This document shows positions 7,820 to 16,132 of a stretch of 34,227 nt of DNA, in pieces. Under the pieces are notes generated by a model that made no database searches, was not told the DNA's origin, and worked only from the letters and a program-made list of their open reading frames with translations. Position 1 is the stretch's first letter. Each line of letters starts with the position of its first letter. The stretch comes from Thermomicrobiales bacterium (GTDB taxonomy: Bacteria > Chloroflexota > Chloroflexia > Thermomicrobiales > JALYUS01), in contig JBPCMC010000270.1 in assembly GCA_051002645.1 (NCBI GenBank), positions 1-34,227 of the forward strand, written 5' to 3'. The position numbers were made by a program, and so were the translations under genes.

Positions 7820-8778
7820 TACGTCTCCCCTTCTGCGGCGAGGGCCGCGCGCCACCATGCCAATGTCTCGCCCAGCGATTGCGCGAGCGGTATCTCCGGC
7901 TGCCAGCCCGTTGCCTGCCGGAGCAATGTCGTGTCCCCCATCATCACCGGCACGTCGGAGGGCCGCAATCGTTCCGGGTCACGCTCGACAGCGATAGGCA
8001 CCTGCGCGAGGCGACAGAGCATTTCCAGCACCTCACCAATCGGTATCGCCGTACCGCTGCCGATATTATAGATGCCGCCGCGCGCGCCGTGTTCGAGCAG
8101 GAGGCCGTACGCCCGCACGACATCACGCACATCCGTGAAATCGCGCGCCGCCTCAAGATTGCCGACGGAAACGGTCTGGCGCACGCCCTGCTCCACTTCC
8201 ACGATCTGCCGGGCGAACGCGCCGACGACGAAGCGATCGGTCTGCCCCGGCCCGATATGATTGAACGGCCGGACGACAACGACATCGAGATCGTACGTGT
8301 GCGCGTATTGGAGCGCGAGCATCTCCTGCGCCGCCTTGCTGACTGCGTACGGGTTCACCGGATGGAGCGGGCGCTGCTCGCGCAGCGGTTGCGCCTCGGG
8401 CGGCGTCGGGCCGTAGACTTCGTTGGAACTGACGATCAGGAGGCGCGCATGCGGCGCGTGGGCGCGACAGGCATCCAGCAGATGCAGCGTGCTGACAATA
8501 TTGTTCGTCAGCGTCCCCTCGGGGTCCGCGAACGAGGCGGGGACATTGCTCTGCCCGGCGAGATGGATCACCATCTGCGGCGTCACGCTCTGCACGAGCG
8601 CCATGACGGCGTCTACGTCTCTCAGGTCACACTGGACCAGAGGGGATGCAGAATCGGCGGCATCACGGGTCGTGCCCGTCACCTGCCATGCGGGGTGCGC
8701 GGCGGCAAGATGCGCGGTGAGATACGTGCCGACGAATCCCTCCGCCCCCGTCACCAGTACCCGCCGCGCCTCGTCCAT
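7819..8778 (-). CDS. NAD(P)-dependent nucleotide-sugar epimerase/dehydratase, GDP-4-keto-6-deoxy-mannose reductase (Rmd)/Gmd-like
   Basis: TGAEGFVG, HLAGQSNV, YAVSK, RPFNHIGPGQ, GNLEAARDFTDVRDVVRAY, RLRPSD. Confidence 0.85.
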   Translation of the reverse strand: MDEARRVLVTGAEGFVGTYLTAHLAAAHPAWQVTGTTRDAADSASPLVQCDLRDVDAVMALVQSVTPQMVIHLAGQSNVPASFADPEGTLTNNIVSTLHLLDACRAHAPHARLLIVSSNEVYGPTPPEAQPLREQRPLHPVNPYAVSKAAQEMLALQYAHTYDLDVVVVRPFNHIGPGQTDRFVVGAFARQIVEVEQGVRQTVSVGNLEAARDFTDVRDVVRAYGLLLEHGARGGIYNIGSGTAIPIGEVLEMLCRLAQVPIAVERDPERLRPSDVPVMMGDTTLLRQATGWQPEIPLAQSLGETLAWWRAALAAEGET

Positions 8779-8805
8779 CGCCTCCTCATCTCGTTCTCTA
8801 CATTC

Positions 8806-8940
8806 GGTGGCGGCGGGCTTTAGCCTGCCAAGTCTCGCTGCGGCAGGCTAAGAGCGCCGAACAAACCCTCACCCCCGACCCCTCTTCATCGCCATCGCGC
8901 TTCATGCGCCGATAGATCACGGCGGCGATGGAGAGGGGAG
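8806..8940. repeat. Composite of a family B hairpin (8806-8858) and a family A repeat with enlarged loop (8866-8940)
   Basis: ggtggcggcgggctttagcctgcc..ggcaggctaa, then ccctcacccccgacccctcttcatcgcc..ggcgatggagagggg. Confidence 0.8.
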
Positions 8941-9007
8941 CGCGTAGTTTTGTGAGACGCTTAAGCTCATCACTACCGGCACAGGGTCAGTGCTATTGAT
9001 AGCCGTT

Positions 9008-9403
9008 TTAGGACTTCCCTTCGTCCCCGGTTGGTCGTATCAGCGCGAGATATTCAGCGCGCAAGGGTGTGAAGATTTCGATGATGCGGCACCCCTCCGG
9101 GCCGACACGAATGCCGCCGTGCGTCACGCCGCCGGGGATCACCAATCCGTCGCCCGCGCTGAGGTCGTACCCTGCGTCACCGACCTGGAAATGCACCGTG
9201 CCTTCCAAACAGTAGGTGATCTGCTCGTGCGGGTGGCTGTGCAGCGGCAGCGAGGCGTTCGGCTCGACGCGCCCGAACAGCGCCATCAGCCGGTCGCCCG
9301 CCACGAGGCCGGCGGTCAATGCGGGCACACTGGGGACCGGATGTACGTCGTCCAGCGACGCGACCCGAAAAAACTGCGGCACACTCGCCGTTTCCGTTGC
9401 CAT
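9008..9403 (-). CDS. Cupin domain protein
   Basis: PLHSHPHEQITYCLEG and IPGGVTHG cupin motifs. GAGGAG RBS; TTGACA-N18-GACACT promoter-like sequence at 9475-9446. Confidence 0.88.
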   Translation of the reverse strand: MATETASVPQFFRVASLDDVHPVPSVPALTAGLVAGDRLMALFGRVEPNASLPLHSHPHEQITYCLEGTVHFQVGDAGYDLSAGDGLVIPGGVTHGGIRVGPEGCRIIEIFTPLRAEYLALIRPTGDEGKS

Positions 9404-9502
9404 TGGCTCTCTCCTCATCGTTCACAACATGCTCGCCCGCAGCCGAGTGTCGCTGGGACGCGGTATGGCTGTCAACAGCGCCGTTGAGCGCCAAGCATGA
9501 TT

Positions 9503-9577
9503 GGTGGCGGCGGCCTTTAGCCTGCCGAACGTCGCTGCGGCATGCGGCCCAGAGGGCGCCCCGAGCCCGCCGCCACC
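9503..9577. repeat. Family B REP-like inverted repeat
   Basis: ggtggcggcggcctttagcctgccgaac .. gcccgccgccacc; left arm identical to the 17872 copy. Confidence 0.85.
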
Positions 9578-9597
9578 GGAATTCTGCCCGTGTCCGG

Positions 9598-10365
9598 CTA
9601 GAAATAGTTGCTCGTGATGCCGCCATCGACGACCATTACCGCGCCGTTCGTCCAGTCGGACTCGTCGGAGGCGAGATAAAGGGCGCAGTTGACGATCTCC
9701 TCCGGCTTGCCGAAGCGACCGCTCGGCTGGCGGTTGAGGCGGAGTTGCTTAGCGGCTTCATCCTTCAAGAGCCATTCCGTCATCAGCGGCGTCTCGATCG
9801 GACCGGGGCAGATGGCGTTCGTGCGGATGCCGTGCGGCCGGAACTGCACCGCCAGCGACTTTGTCAGCGAGATCAGCGCGCCCTTCGAAGCGGTGTACGC
9901 ATCCTGCGGCACGCTGCACCCGACGAGCGCAACGAACGAGGCGATGTTAATGATCGAGCCGCTGCCGCGCGTGAGCATCTCCGGGATGGCATACTTGCAA
10001 CAGAGGAAGATGCCGCGCACATTGACCGCCATCACCTGATCCCAGACCTCGACCGAGGTATCGACGACCGAATGATCCGCCTCCGGCATGATGCCCGCGT
10101 TGTTGTAGAGCACGTCCACACCGCCGTACCGTTCGACCGTCGCCGCCACCGCCGCCCGCACGCTCGCCTCATCCGACACATCGCAGAGGATGAATGTCGC
10201 GTCGCCACCCGCTGCCCGCACACGCGTCGCCGTCTCCTCCCCTGCCGCCGCGAGAACGTCCCACGCCGCCACCTTCGCCCCTTCCCGCGCGAAAATCTCG
10301 CACGCGACGCGCCCCATCCCACTCCCCGCCCCCGTGATAATGCACACCTTGTCCTGCAGCCGCAT
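9598..10365 (-). CDS. Short-chain dehydrogenase/reductase
   Basis: TGAGSGMG, NNAG, YTASK, CPGPIETP. Start MRLQDK behind a GAAAGGGG RBS. Confidence 0.92.
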   Translation of the reverse strand: MRLQDKVCIITGAGSGMGRVACEIFAREGAKVAAWDVLAAAGEETATRVRAAGGDATFILCDVSDEASVRAAVAATVERYGGVDVLYNNAGIMPEADHSVVDTSVEVWDQVMAVNVRGIFLCCKYAIPEMLTRGSGSIINIASFVALVGCSVPQDAYTASKGALISLTKSLAVQFRPHGIRTNAICPGPIETPLMTEWLLKDEAAKQLRLNRQPSGRFGKPEEIVNCALYLASDESDWTNGAVMVVDGGITSNYF

Positions 10366-10415
10366 CGCCCTTCCCCTTTCCATTCTTGAGATCACCAAAA
10401 GAGACAAACCGGGTA

Positions 10416-10531
10416 TGAACCGCAGAGACGCAGAGAACGCAGAGGAGATAGAGAGGTACACAAGAGGAAATGAATGTACCTCTCCATCCCATTTTTTGCG
10501 ATCTCTGTGTTCTCTGCGTCTCTGCGGTTCA
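10416..10531. repeat. Family C inverted repeat (arms of tandem CGCAGAGA units)
   Basis: tgaaccgcagagacgcagagaacgcagag / ctctgtgttctctgcgtctctgcggttca, 28/29 complementary; inner hairpin gagaggtaca/tgtacctctc. Confidence 0.9.
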
Positions 10532-10545
10532 ATTGGTTTCCATCT

Positions 10546-11931
10546 TTACCCACGCTCGAAATACCGTTCGCGCTCCCAGGTCGTCACGGCGGCGTCAAAG
10601 GTGTGTTGCTCGACGCGCGCCATGTTCAGGTAGTGCGCGACGACTTCTTCGCCGAAGGCGTCACGGGCCATCGCGCTCTGTTCAAGGGCGTCGATTGCCT
10701 CATAGAGTGCGCGCGGCACGCGCGGTTCGTCGGTCGCGCGGTAGCCGTTCCCCTTAAACTCCGCCGGCGGCTCGATGGCATGCTCGATGCCATACAAGCC
10801 CGCCGCGATGCAGGCGGCGTAGGCGAGATACGGGTTCGTGTCGCCACCCGGCAGGCGATTCTCGATGCGCAGCGCATCGCCGCGCCCGACGACCCGGAAG
10901 CCGCATGTCCGGTTGTCCCGCCCCCAGACGGTGTTGACGGGCGCCCAACTCGCCACGGCGTACCGCTTGTACGCATTGACGTTGGACGCGACAAAGAGCG
11001 AGAGTTCCTGCGCGCACGCCACCATGCCGCCGAGGAAATGGCGCATCGTCCCGGACATCCCGTAAGGCGATCCCGCCGGATCATGGAAGAGATTGCGCAC
11101 CCCGTCGCCGTCCCAGGCGCTCAGGTGAATGTGGCTGCTGGAGCCGGTCCAGGTGTGATCCGGCTTCGCCATGAAGGTGACGGAATAGTCGTTCTGGAGG
11201 GCGATCTCCTTGATGCCGTGCTTGAGGAGCACATGCCGGTCGGCGGATTCCAGCGCGTCGGCGTAGTGGATATTCAACTCGTGCTGCCCCGGCGCGGCCT
11301 CGCCCTTCGAGAACTCGACGGGCACGCCTGCCGCTGAGAGATCGTTGCGGAACTGCCGATAGAGCGGCTCCGCCTTGGTCGCCTGTAGGAGGTGATAATC
11401 CTCGTTGTACCAGCCATAGCGCGCCAAATCCTGATAGCGCTTGGCGTGCGCCTGCTCGTAGGTGTCCGTTAGCAGGTAGAACTCCAACTCCGAGGCGGCG
11501 TTGATCGTCAGGCCCAGCGCGGCGGCCCGCTCGATCTGGCGGCGCAGGATCGTCCGCGGCGCGATCTCCACCGGCGCATCGCGCTCCTCGTCGACGACGT
11601 CGGCGAGCACCATCGCCGTCTTCTCATGCCAGGGCAGCACGCGCAATGTCTGCCAATCGGGGCGCGCCTGCCAGTCGCCGTAGCCGCTCTCCCAGTTCAT
11701 CGCGCGATAGCCGTCCGGCGTCTCCATCTCCATGTCCGTACCGAGCAGGTAGACGCAGAAATGCGTGCCATGCTCCAGGCAGTGCGAAATAAAGAATTCC
11801 CCCGTGACGCGCTTGCCCAATAGCCGCCCCTGCATGTCACAGAAGGCATTGATAACGGTATCAATCTCGCCGCTCGCGACCTTCGCTTTGAGTTCTTCGA
11901 CCGTGATAATGCCCCGTGCCCGCTCCGCCAT
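10546..11931 (-). CDS. Glutamine synthetase-like gamma-glutamyl-amine ligase (GlnA4-like)
   Basis: GEIDTV..DMQGRLLGKR, WESGYGD, ASELEFY, GEAAPGQHELN, FMAKP..GSSSHIHLS, WGRDNRTCGFR, IENRLPGGDTNPY, WERERYFER. Confidence 0.88.
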   Translation of the reverse strand: MAERARGIITVEELKAKVASGEIDTVINAFCDMQGRLLGKRVTGEFFISHCLEHGTHFCVYLLGTDMEMETPDGYRAMNWESGYGDWQARPDWQTLRVLPWHEKTAMVLADVVDEERDAPVEIAPRTILRRQIERAAALGLTINAASELEFYLLTDTYEQAHAKRYQDLARYGWYNEDYHLLQATKAEPLYRQFRNDLSAAGVPVEFSKGEAAPGQHELNIHYADALESADRHVLLKHGIKEIALQNDYSVTFMAKPDHTWTGSSSHIHLSAWDGDGVRNLFHDPAGSPYGMSGTMRHFLGGMVACAQELSLFVASNVNAYKRYAVASWAPVNTVWGRDNRTCGFRVVGRGDALRIENRLPGGDTNPYLAYAACIAAGLYGIEHAIEPPAEFKGNGYRATDEPRVPRALYEAIDALEQSAMARDAFGEEVVAHYLNMARVEQHTFDAAVTTWERERYFERG

Positions 11932-11962
11932 CCTACCCCTCCCGGTCGACTGTGAGATACCA

Positions 11963-12046
11963 AACCACCAAGACACCAAGAAGAGAAGGTAAAAAGGGAT
12001 GTCGTTCTTCTTCGCGTCTCTTGGCGTCCTTGGCGTCTTGGCGGTT
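11963..12046. repeat. Family C variant (CGCCAAGA units) inverted repeat
   Basis: aaccaccaagacaccaag / cttggcgtccttggcgtcttggcggtt. Confidence 0.8.
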
Positions 12047-12054
12047 CAAAATAT

Positions 12055-13389
12055 TCAGATGCCGCCAACGAAGCGGCCGGGATTGAGGGTGCCGCGCGGG
12101 TCGTAGGCGGCTTTCACGTCGCGCATGACGCTGATGGTTGGCGGTTCCACGCCCCAGATGGGAAGCGCATCCGCATGGGCCGGGTCGTAGCCGGAGACGG
12201 TGAGGGCCGGCCAATGCTGCTGCACGCCATCGAGCGTGCGGCGCAGCCCCTCGCCCGACTCGTCGCCCGTGACGCGCATATACGCGACGCCCACCGCCGC
12301 CGAGGCCCGGACAGCGACGGTCAGGCCGTACTGCCGCCCCTCCTCGACCGTCTCGGTCACCGCCGCCAGCAGATCGGTCGGGACGGTCGTCAGTTTCAAG
12401 ACAGCGGTATGCGCGGTGAGATTGGCGACGGCATTCCAGTCCGCCAGGCTTGACCAGAGGCGGACATGGTCGTCGCCCGCGATGGTGGCGATCTCCGTCG
12501 CGCCCATCGCCGCACCGAGCGCGCGGATCTCCTTCTCCTGCCGCGCGACTGTCGCGGCGCTCCCCTCGCACCGCACGCAGACGAGATAGCCGTCGAGCGG
12601 CAAGCGCGTATTCCCGGTCGTCGTCGGCGAACTAAATTCGACCGCCATTGGCCGCAACTGCGACGCGCCGAGGGCGGCAACTGCTGCGAATGAAGGGCTG
12701 GGGCCGGTGAATTGCAGGAGCAACGTGCGCTCCGCGCCGGGCTGCGGCAGCACCTTCAGGTTGATCCGCGTCACGACGCCGAGCGTGCCGAGTGCGCCGA
12801 GATGCATCTTCATCAGGTCAAAGCCCGTAACGTTCTTGACGACCATGCCGCCCGCCTTCGCGAGCGTGCCGTCCGCATACGCCGCGTGCAGGCCGATGCA
12901 GAAATCGCGCATCGTCCCGTAGCCGTGTCGATGCGGGCCGGAGGCATTGGTGGCGAGCATCCCGCCGATGGTGAGTCGGTCGCGCAGGGGAGGGTCGAGC
13001 GGGAGCATCTGGTTGTGGGCGGCCAGCGCGCTGTCGAGGTCGCCGAGCGTCACCCCCGCCTCAACCGCGACCGTCATGTCTTCCGGGAAATAATCGAGCA
13101 AGCGGTTGAGTCGCCGCAGGCTGATCGCGAGATCGTAGCGGCGCGGGGCAAAACCGAGCGCCTGCTGCGTCCCGCCCCCCCACGGCACGACCGCCGCGCC
13201 CGACTCATCCGCCACCCGCAGCAGCGCGGCGACTTCCTCCGCCGAACCCGGCACAGCGACAACGTGAGGCGTCTTCGCGCCGATGGCGAACCCTGCCGTC
13301 CGCTCGCCTGTCTGCGCGTGCTCCCCGCCGACGATTCCCTCGACCGACGCCGCGAATTGATCGAGGTTGACGCGCGTTTCAGACACCAT
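12055..13389 (-). CDS. glcE: FAD-binding oxidoreductase, glycolate oxidase subunit GlcE-like
   Basis: TIGGMLATNASGP, AGGMVVKNVTGFDLMK, YDPRGTLNPGRF. Confidence 0.85.
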   Translation of the reverse strand: MVSETRVNLDQFAASVEGIVGGEHAQTGERTAGFAIGAKTPHVVAVPGSAEEVAALLRVADESGAAVVPWGGGTQQALGFAPRRYDLAISLRRLNRLLDYFPEDMTVAVEAGVTLGDLDSALAAHNQMLPLDPPLRDRLTIGGMLATNASGPHRHGYGTMRDFCIGLHAAYADGTLAKAGGMVVKNVTGFDLMKMHLGALGTLGVVTRINLKVLPQPGAERTLLLQFTGPSPSFAAVAALGASQLRPMAVEFSSPTTTGNTRLPLDGYLVCVRCEGSAATVARQEKEIRALGAAMGATEIATIAGDDHVRLWSSLADWNAVANLTAHTAVLKLTTVPTDLLAAVTETVEEGRQYGLTVAVRASAAVGVAYMRVTGDESGEGLRRTLDGVQQHWPALTVSGYDPAHADALPIWGVEPPTISVMRDVKAAYDPRGTLNPGRFVGGI

Positions 13390-13416
13390 CGAGCCCAACC
13401 AAGAGTGATCGAAACA

Positions 13417-13632
13417 TCACATGTACCTCACGAATTCTTCGACCGTCAGGCCCGCCTGTCGGATGGTTGCCCGGAGCGTGCCGCGATCCAACTCCTTGTG
13501 ATCGGGTACGACAACTTGCGCGAATGGATTGGTGCGTCGCACGACAATATGGCTCCCCTGCTGGCGGACGACTACAAACCCTGCCTTCGCAAGCGCCCGA
13601 ATGCACTCCTGACCGGAGAGGCGTGGCAGCAT
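13417..13632 (-). CDS. hicA: Type II toxin, HicA family mRNA interferase
   Basis: 71 aa; GFVVVRQQGSH with catalytic His, VVVPDH, GTLRATIRQAG. Confidence 0.92.
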   Translation of the reverse strand: MLPRLSGQECIRALAKAGFVVVRQQGSHIVVRRTNPFAQVVVPDHKELDRGTLRATIRQAGLTVEEFVRYM

Positions 13633-13634
13633 CG

Positions 13635-13868
13635 CTATACGGCGACCAAGAGCGTTTCGAACCGTTCCGGCGGCACCGGCAATCCGTCCGCTTCCAACGC
13701 ATCCACGTATGCATGAATCGCTTCACGGACATTGGCAATTGCCGCCGCCCGGCTCTCGCCCTGGCTGATGCAACCCGGCAGGCTTGGGCACTCCGCCACC
13801 CAGTACCCGTCTTCACCGGGATAGATAATCGCCTGGCGCAGCGCGGCTGCGGATGTGTTAGTCGTCAT
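13635..13868 (-). CDS. hicB: HicB family antitoxin (short, no DNA-binding domain)
   Basis: EDGYWVAECPSLPGCISQGES..ANVREAI..GLPVP; start overlaps the 3' end of glcD. Confidence 0.9.
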   Translation of the reverse strand: MTTNTSAAALRQAIIYPGEDGYWVAECPSLPGCISQGESRAAAIANVREAIHAYVDALEADGLPVPPERFETLLVAV

Positions 13869-15456
13869 GCCGTGGCACCGCCATGTCGGCCAGTTCGGCG
13901 GGCGTCGTGTCGTGCTGATGGGCGCTAGTGTGCGAGTGCGGCCCGACGGTGCCGATCGGCGCGGCGGGCTGCATCGAGGCGACCGCCGCATAGCGTACGG
14001 GCATCGCGGTTGCCGCGAGTTCGCGCGCTTCGCCGCAGCCGAGACTTGCGGGCAGGATTTTGTCCGGATTGAAGAGGTCGTACGGGTTGAAGCTGCGCTT
14101 CAGTTTCGCCATCGCCGCGAGATCCTCGTCCGTGAACGAGTACATCATTACGCCCTTCTTCTCGAAGCCGACGCCGTGCTCGCCGGTGATCGCGCCGCCC
14201 ATGTCGATGCAGGCGCGCGTAATCTCCATCGCCGCATCCAGCGTCCGCTCGATGTCGCCCTTCTTGCTCCGGTCGAAGAGCAGCAGCGGGTGGAGATTGC
14301 CGTCACCGGCATGGAAGATGTTCGTCGCTTCCAGTTTGGCGTCCTTCGCTACCTCTGCGACAAGATTGAGGATTTGCGGCAGTTTGGTGCGCGGCACAAC
14401 GCTGTCCTGCTGATAGTAGTTCGGCGCGAGGCGGCCCATCGCGCCGAGCGCACCCTTGCGGCCCGCCCAGAGCGCGTCCCGCTGCGCCTGCGTCGCCGCC
14501 ACGCGCACCTCGCGCGCGCCGCACTCGTTGCAGATCGCCGTGACGCGCTCCGCCAACTCGTCCAGCCCCTCGGCGAGGCCGTCCAGTTCGATCAGGAGGA
14601 TGATCGACTGGCCGTCGTCCGGGTACCCGGCGTGGTAGGTCATTTCGACCGCCTTGCAGGCCGGGCCGTCCATCAACTCCAGTGCGCCGGGGATGATGCC
14701 CGCGCCGATGATGTTCGTGACCGTCTGCGAGGCGGATTCGAGGTCGTCGTAGATGGCGAGCAGGACGCGCAATGTCTCCGGCGAGCGGAGCAACTTGACC
14801 GTCACACCTGTGACGATGCCCATTGTCCCTTCGGAGCCGACGAGCATCCCCGTGAGGTCGTACCCCGGCGCATCGGGCACGCCGCCCGTCTCGATGATCC
14901 GCCCATCGGGCAGGACGACTTCGAGGCCGAGAATATGGTTGACGGTCACGCCGTAGGCGAGGCAGTGCGGGCCGCCCGCATTGGTCGCCACATTGCCGCC
15001 AATCGTCGAGGCCCGCTGACTCGCCGGGTCCGGCGCGTAGTAGTAGCCATGCGGCAGGGTCGCCTGCGACAGGTGCAGGTTGACAACGCCGGGGTCCACC
15101 ATGGCGCGGCGGTTCGCGTAATCGACGCTGCGGATCTGGTTCATGCGCGTCAGCGAGACGACGATGCCGCCCCGGATCGGCGTGCTGCCGCCGGCGAGAC
15201 CGGTGCCTGCGCCGCGCGGCACAATCGGCATCCCCGCCGCACTGGCGAGTTTCACGATCTCGGCGACCTGCTGCACGCCGGTCGGTAAGACGACGACATC
15301 CGGCATCGCGTGCTCGTGCGTGCCGTCGGAATCGTAGACGAGCAAATCGCCCCGCTCGGTCATCACCGCTTCCGGCCCGAGCAGGTTGATGAGGCGGCGA
15401 ATCAGCGTCGCGCGGTCGATGGTCGGTTGTGGTGTCGTTGAAGGCATGGCTGCCAT
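13858..15456 (-). CDS. glcD: FAD-linked oxidase, glycolate oxidase subunit GlcD-like
   Basis: PRGAGTGLAGG, PDPASQ..TIGGNVATNAGGPHCLAYGVT, GSEGTMG, HAGDGNLHP, GEHGVGFEK, FNPDKI. Confidence 0.92.
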   Translation of the reverse strand: MAAMPSTTPQPTIDRATLIRRLINLLGPEAVMTERGDLLVYDSDGTHEHAMPDVVVLPTGVQQVAEIVKLASAAGMPIVPRGAGTGLAGGSTPIRGGIVVSLTRMNQIRSVDYANRRAMVDPGVVNLHLSQATLPHGYYYAPDPASQRASTIGGNVATNAGGPHCLAYGVTVNHILGLEVVLPDGRIIETGGVPDAPGYDLTGMLVGSEGTMGIVTGVTVKLLRSPETLRVLLAIYDDLESASQTVTNIIGAGIIPGALELMDGPACKAVEMTYHAGYPDDGQSIILLIELDGLAEGLDELAERVTAICNECGAREVRVAATQAQRDALWAGRKGALGAMGRLAPNYYQQDSVVPRTKLPQILNLVAEVAKDAKLEATNIFHAGDGNLHPLLLFDRSKKGDIERTLDAAMEITRACIDMGGAITGEHGVGFEKKGVMMYSFTDEDLAAMAKLKRSFNPYDLFNPDKILPASLGCGEARELAATAMPVRYAAVASMQPAAPIGTVGPHSHTSAHQHDTTPAELADMAVPRHDD

Positions 15457-15608
15457 GCGTGGCTCCTCTCTCGGGTCGCATGTTGTTACCGTCTATTGTC
15501 CCGCAATCCGCAAGCCAGAGCAAACGGGAGAGGTCCGAAGTTCGAGGTGTGAGACACGAGAAAGCGTCTCAAATCCGGTCGCGAGAGCGGAGCGCGAGGG
15601 AAATGGGT

Positions 15609-15632
15609 GGTAGCGTAGGCTTTCAGCCTGCG
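15609..15632 (+). repeat. Single GTAG-type REP
   Basis: ggtagcgtaggctttcagcctgcg, similar to the minus-strand copy at 5057-5080. Confidence 0.75.
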
Positions 15633-15711
15633 TCCCTCCTGCCGGAGGGATAGGAGGGTCGCATTGAACGGTATCTTATTGAGGATTGTGGGCATCACAA
15701 GCCCTTCTCAC

Positions 15712-15747
15712 AAAAACAGGCCACCCCCACGAAGAGAAGGCCCTGTT
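15712..15747 (-). terminator. Putative intrinsic terminator
   Basis: Minus strand aacagggccttctc-ttcg-tgggggtggcctgttttt, starting 18 nt after the stop of the 69-aa ORF; stem relies on G-U pairs. Confidence 0.55.
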
Positions 15748-15764
15748 GGAGTCGCGAAGTGTGG

Positions 15765-15974
15765 CTACGGGCGCAGGTGAGACGGGTCCATTGCGGGCAA
15801 ATCGCGCGGCTCACGAGCCGGAAGAATGCGCGGTTGTTCCAGCCGTCTGCGCAGTTCCTCGGCTTCTTCAGCCGTGAGTTCGGTTTCGCGTAGCGCTTCC
15901 GCCATCGTTCGCGCGACCGTACGTTCATCGGTCTTCACTTCCTTGACGGCGCTGTGTTTCATCGGGGCTGCCAT
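15765..15974 (-). CDS. Hypothetical small charged protein (69 aa)
   Basis: AAGGA RBS before ATG 15974; E/R-rich helical core; followed by a terminator-like hairpin. Confidence 0.5.
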   Translation of the reverse strand: MAAPMKHSAVKEVKTDERTVARTMAEALRETELTAEEAEELRRRLEQPRILPAREPRDLPAMDPSHLRP

Positions 15975-16132
15975 GTCTCTCGTCCTTGCTCGCGAATATC
16001 GTGTCGTGTATTTACAAATGTACCATGCCAGCCCCTTTGTTGCGATGGCGACCGGCGAGACAATGTGACACCAAAGTATGTATCGTGCATACTTGCGCCG
16101 CCACGGCGGGCGACACAGAAACGAGGTGGCCG

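Noticed and set aside
10416-10531. Periodic repeats as a possible CRISPR array
   Set aside because: Units are 8-9 nt, arranged as inverted arms with no 25-45-nt unique spacers, and there are no cas genes.
15486-15698. 70-aa ORF MMPTILNKIPF..
   Set aside because: Runs through a REP and a periodic tract with no family signal; not called as a CDS.
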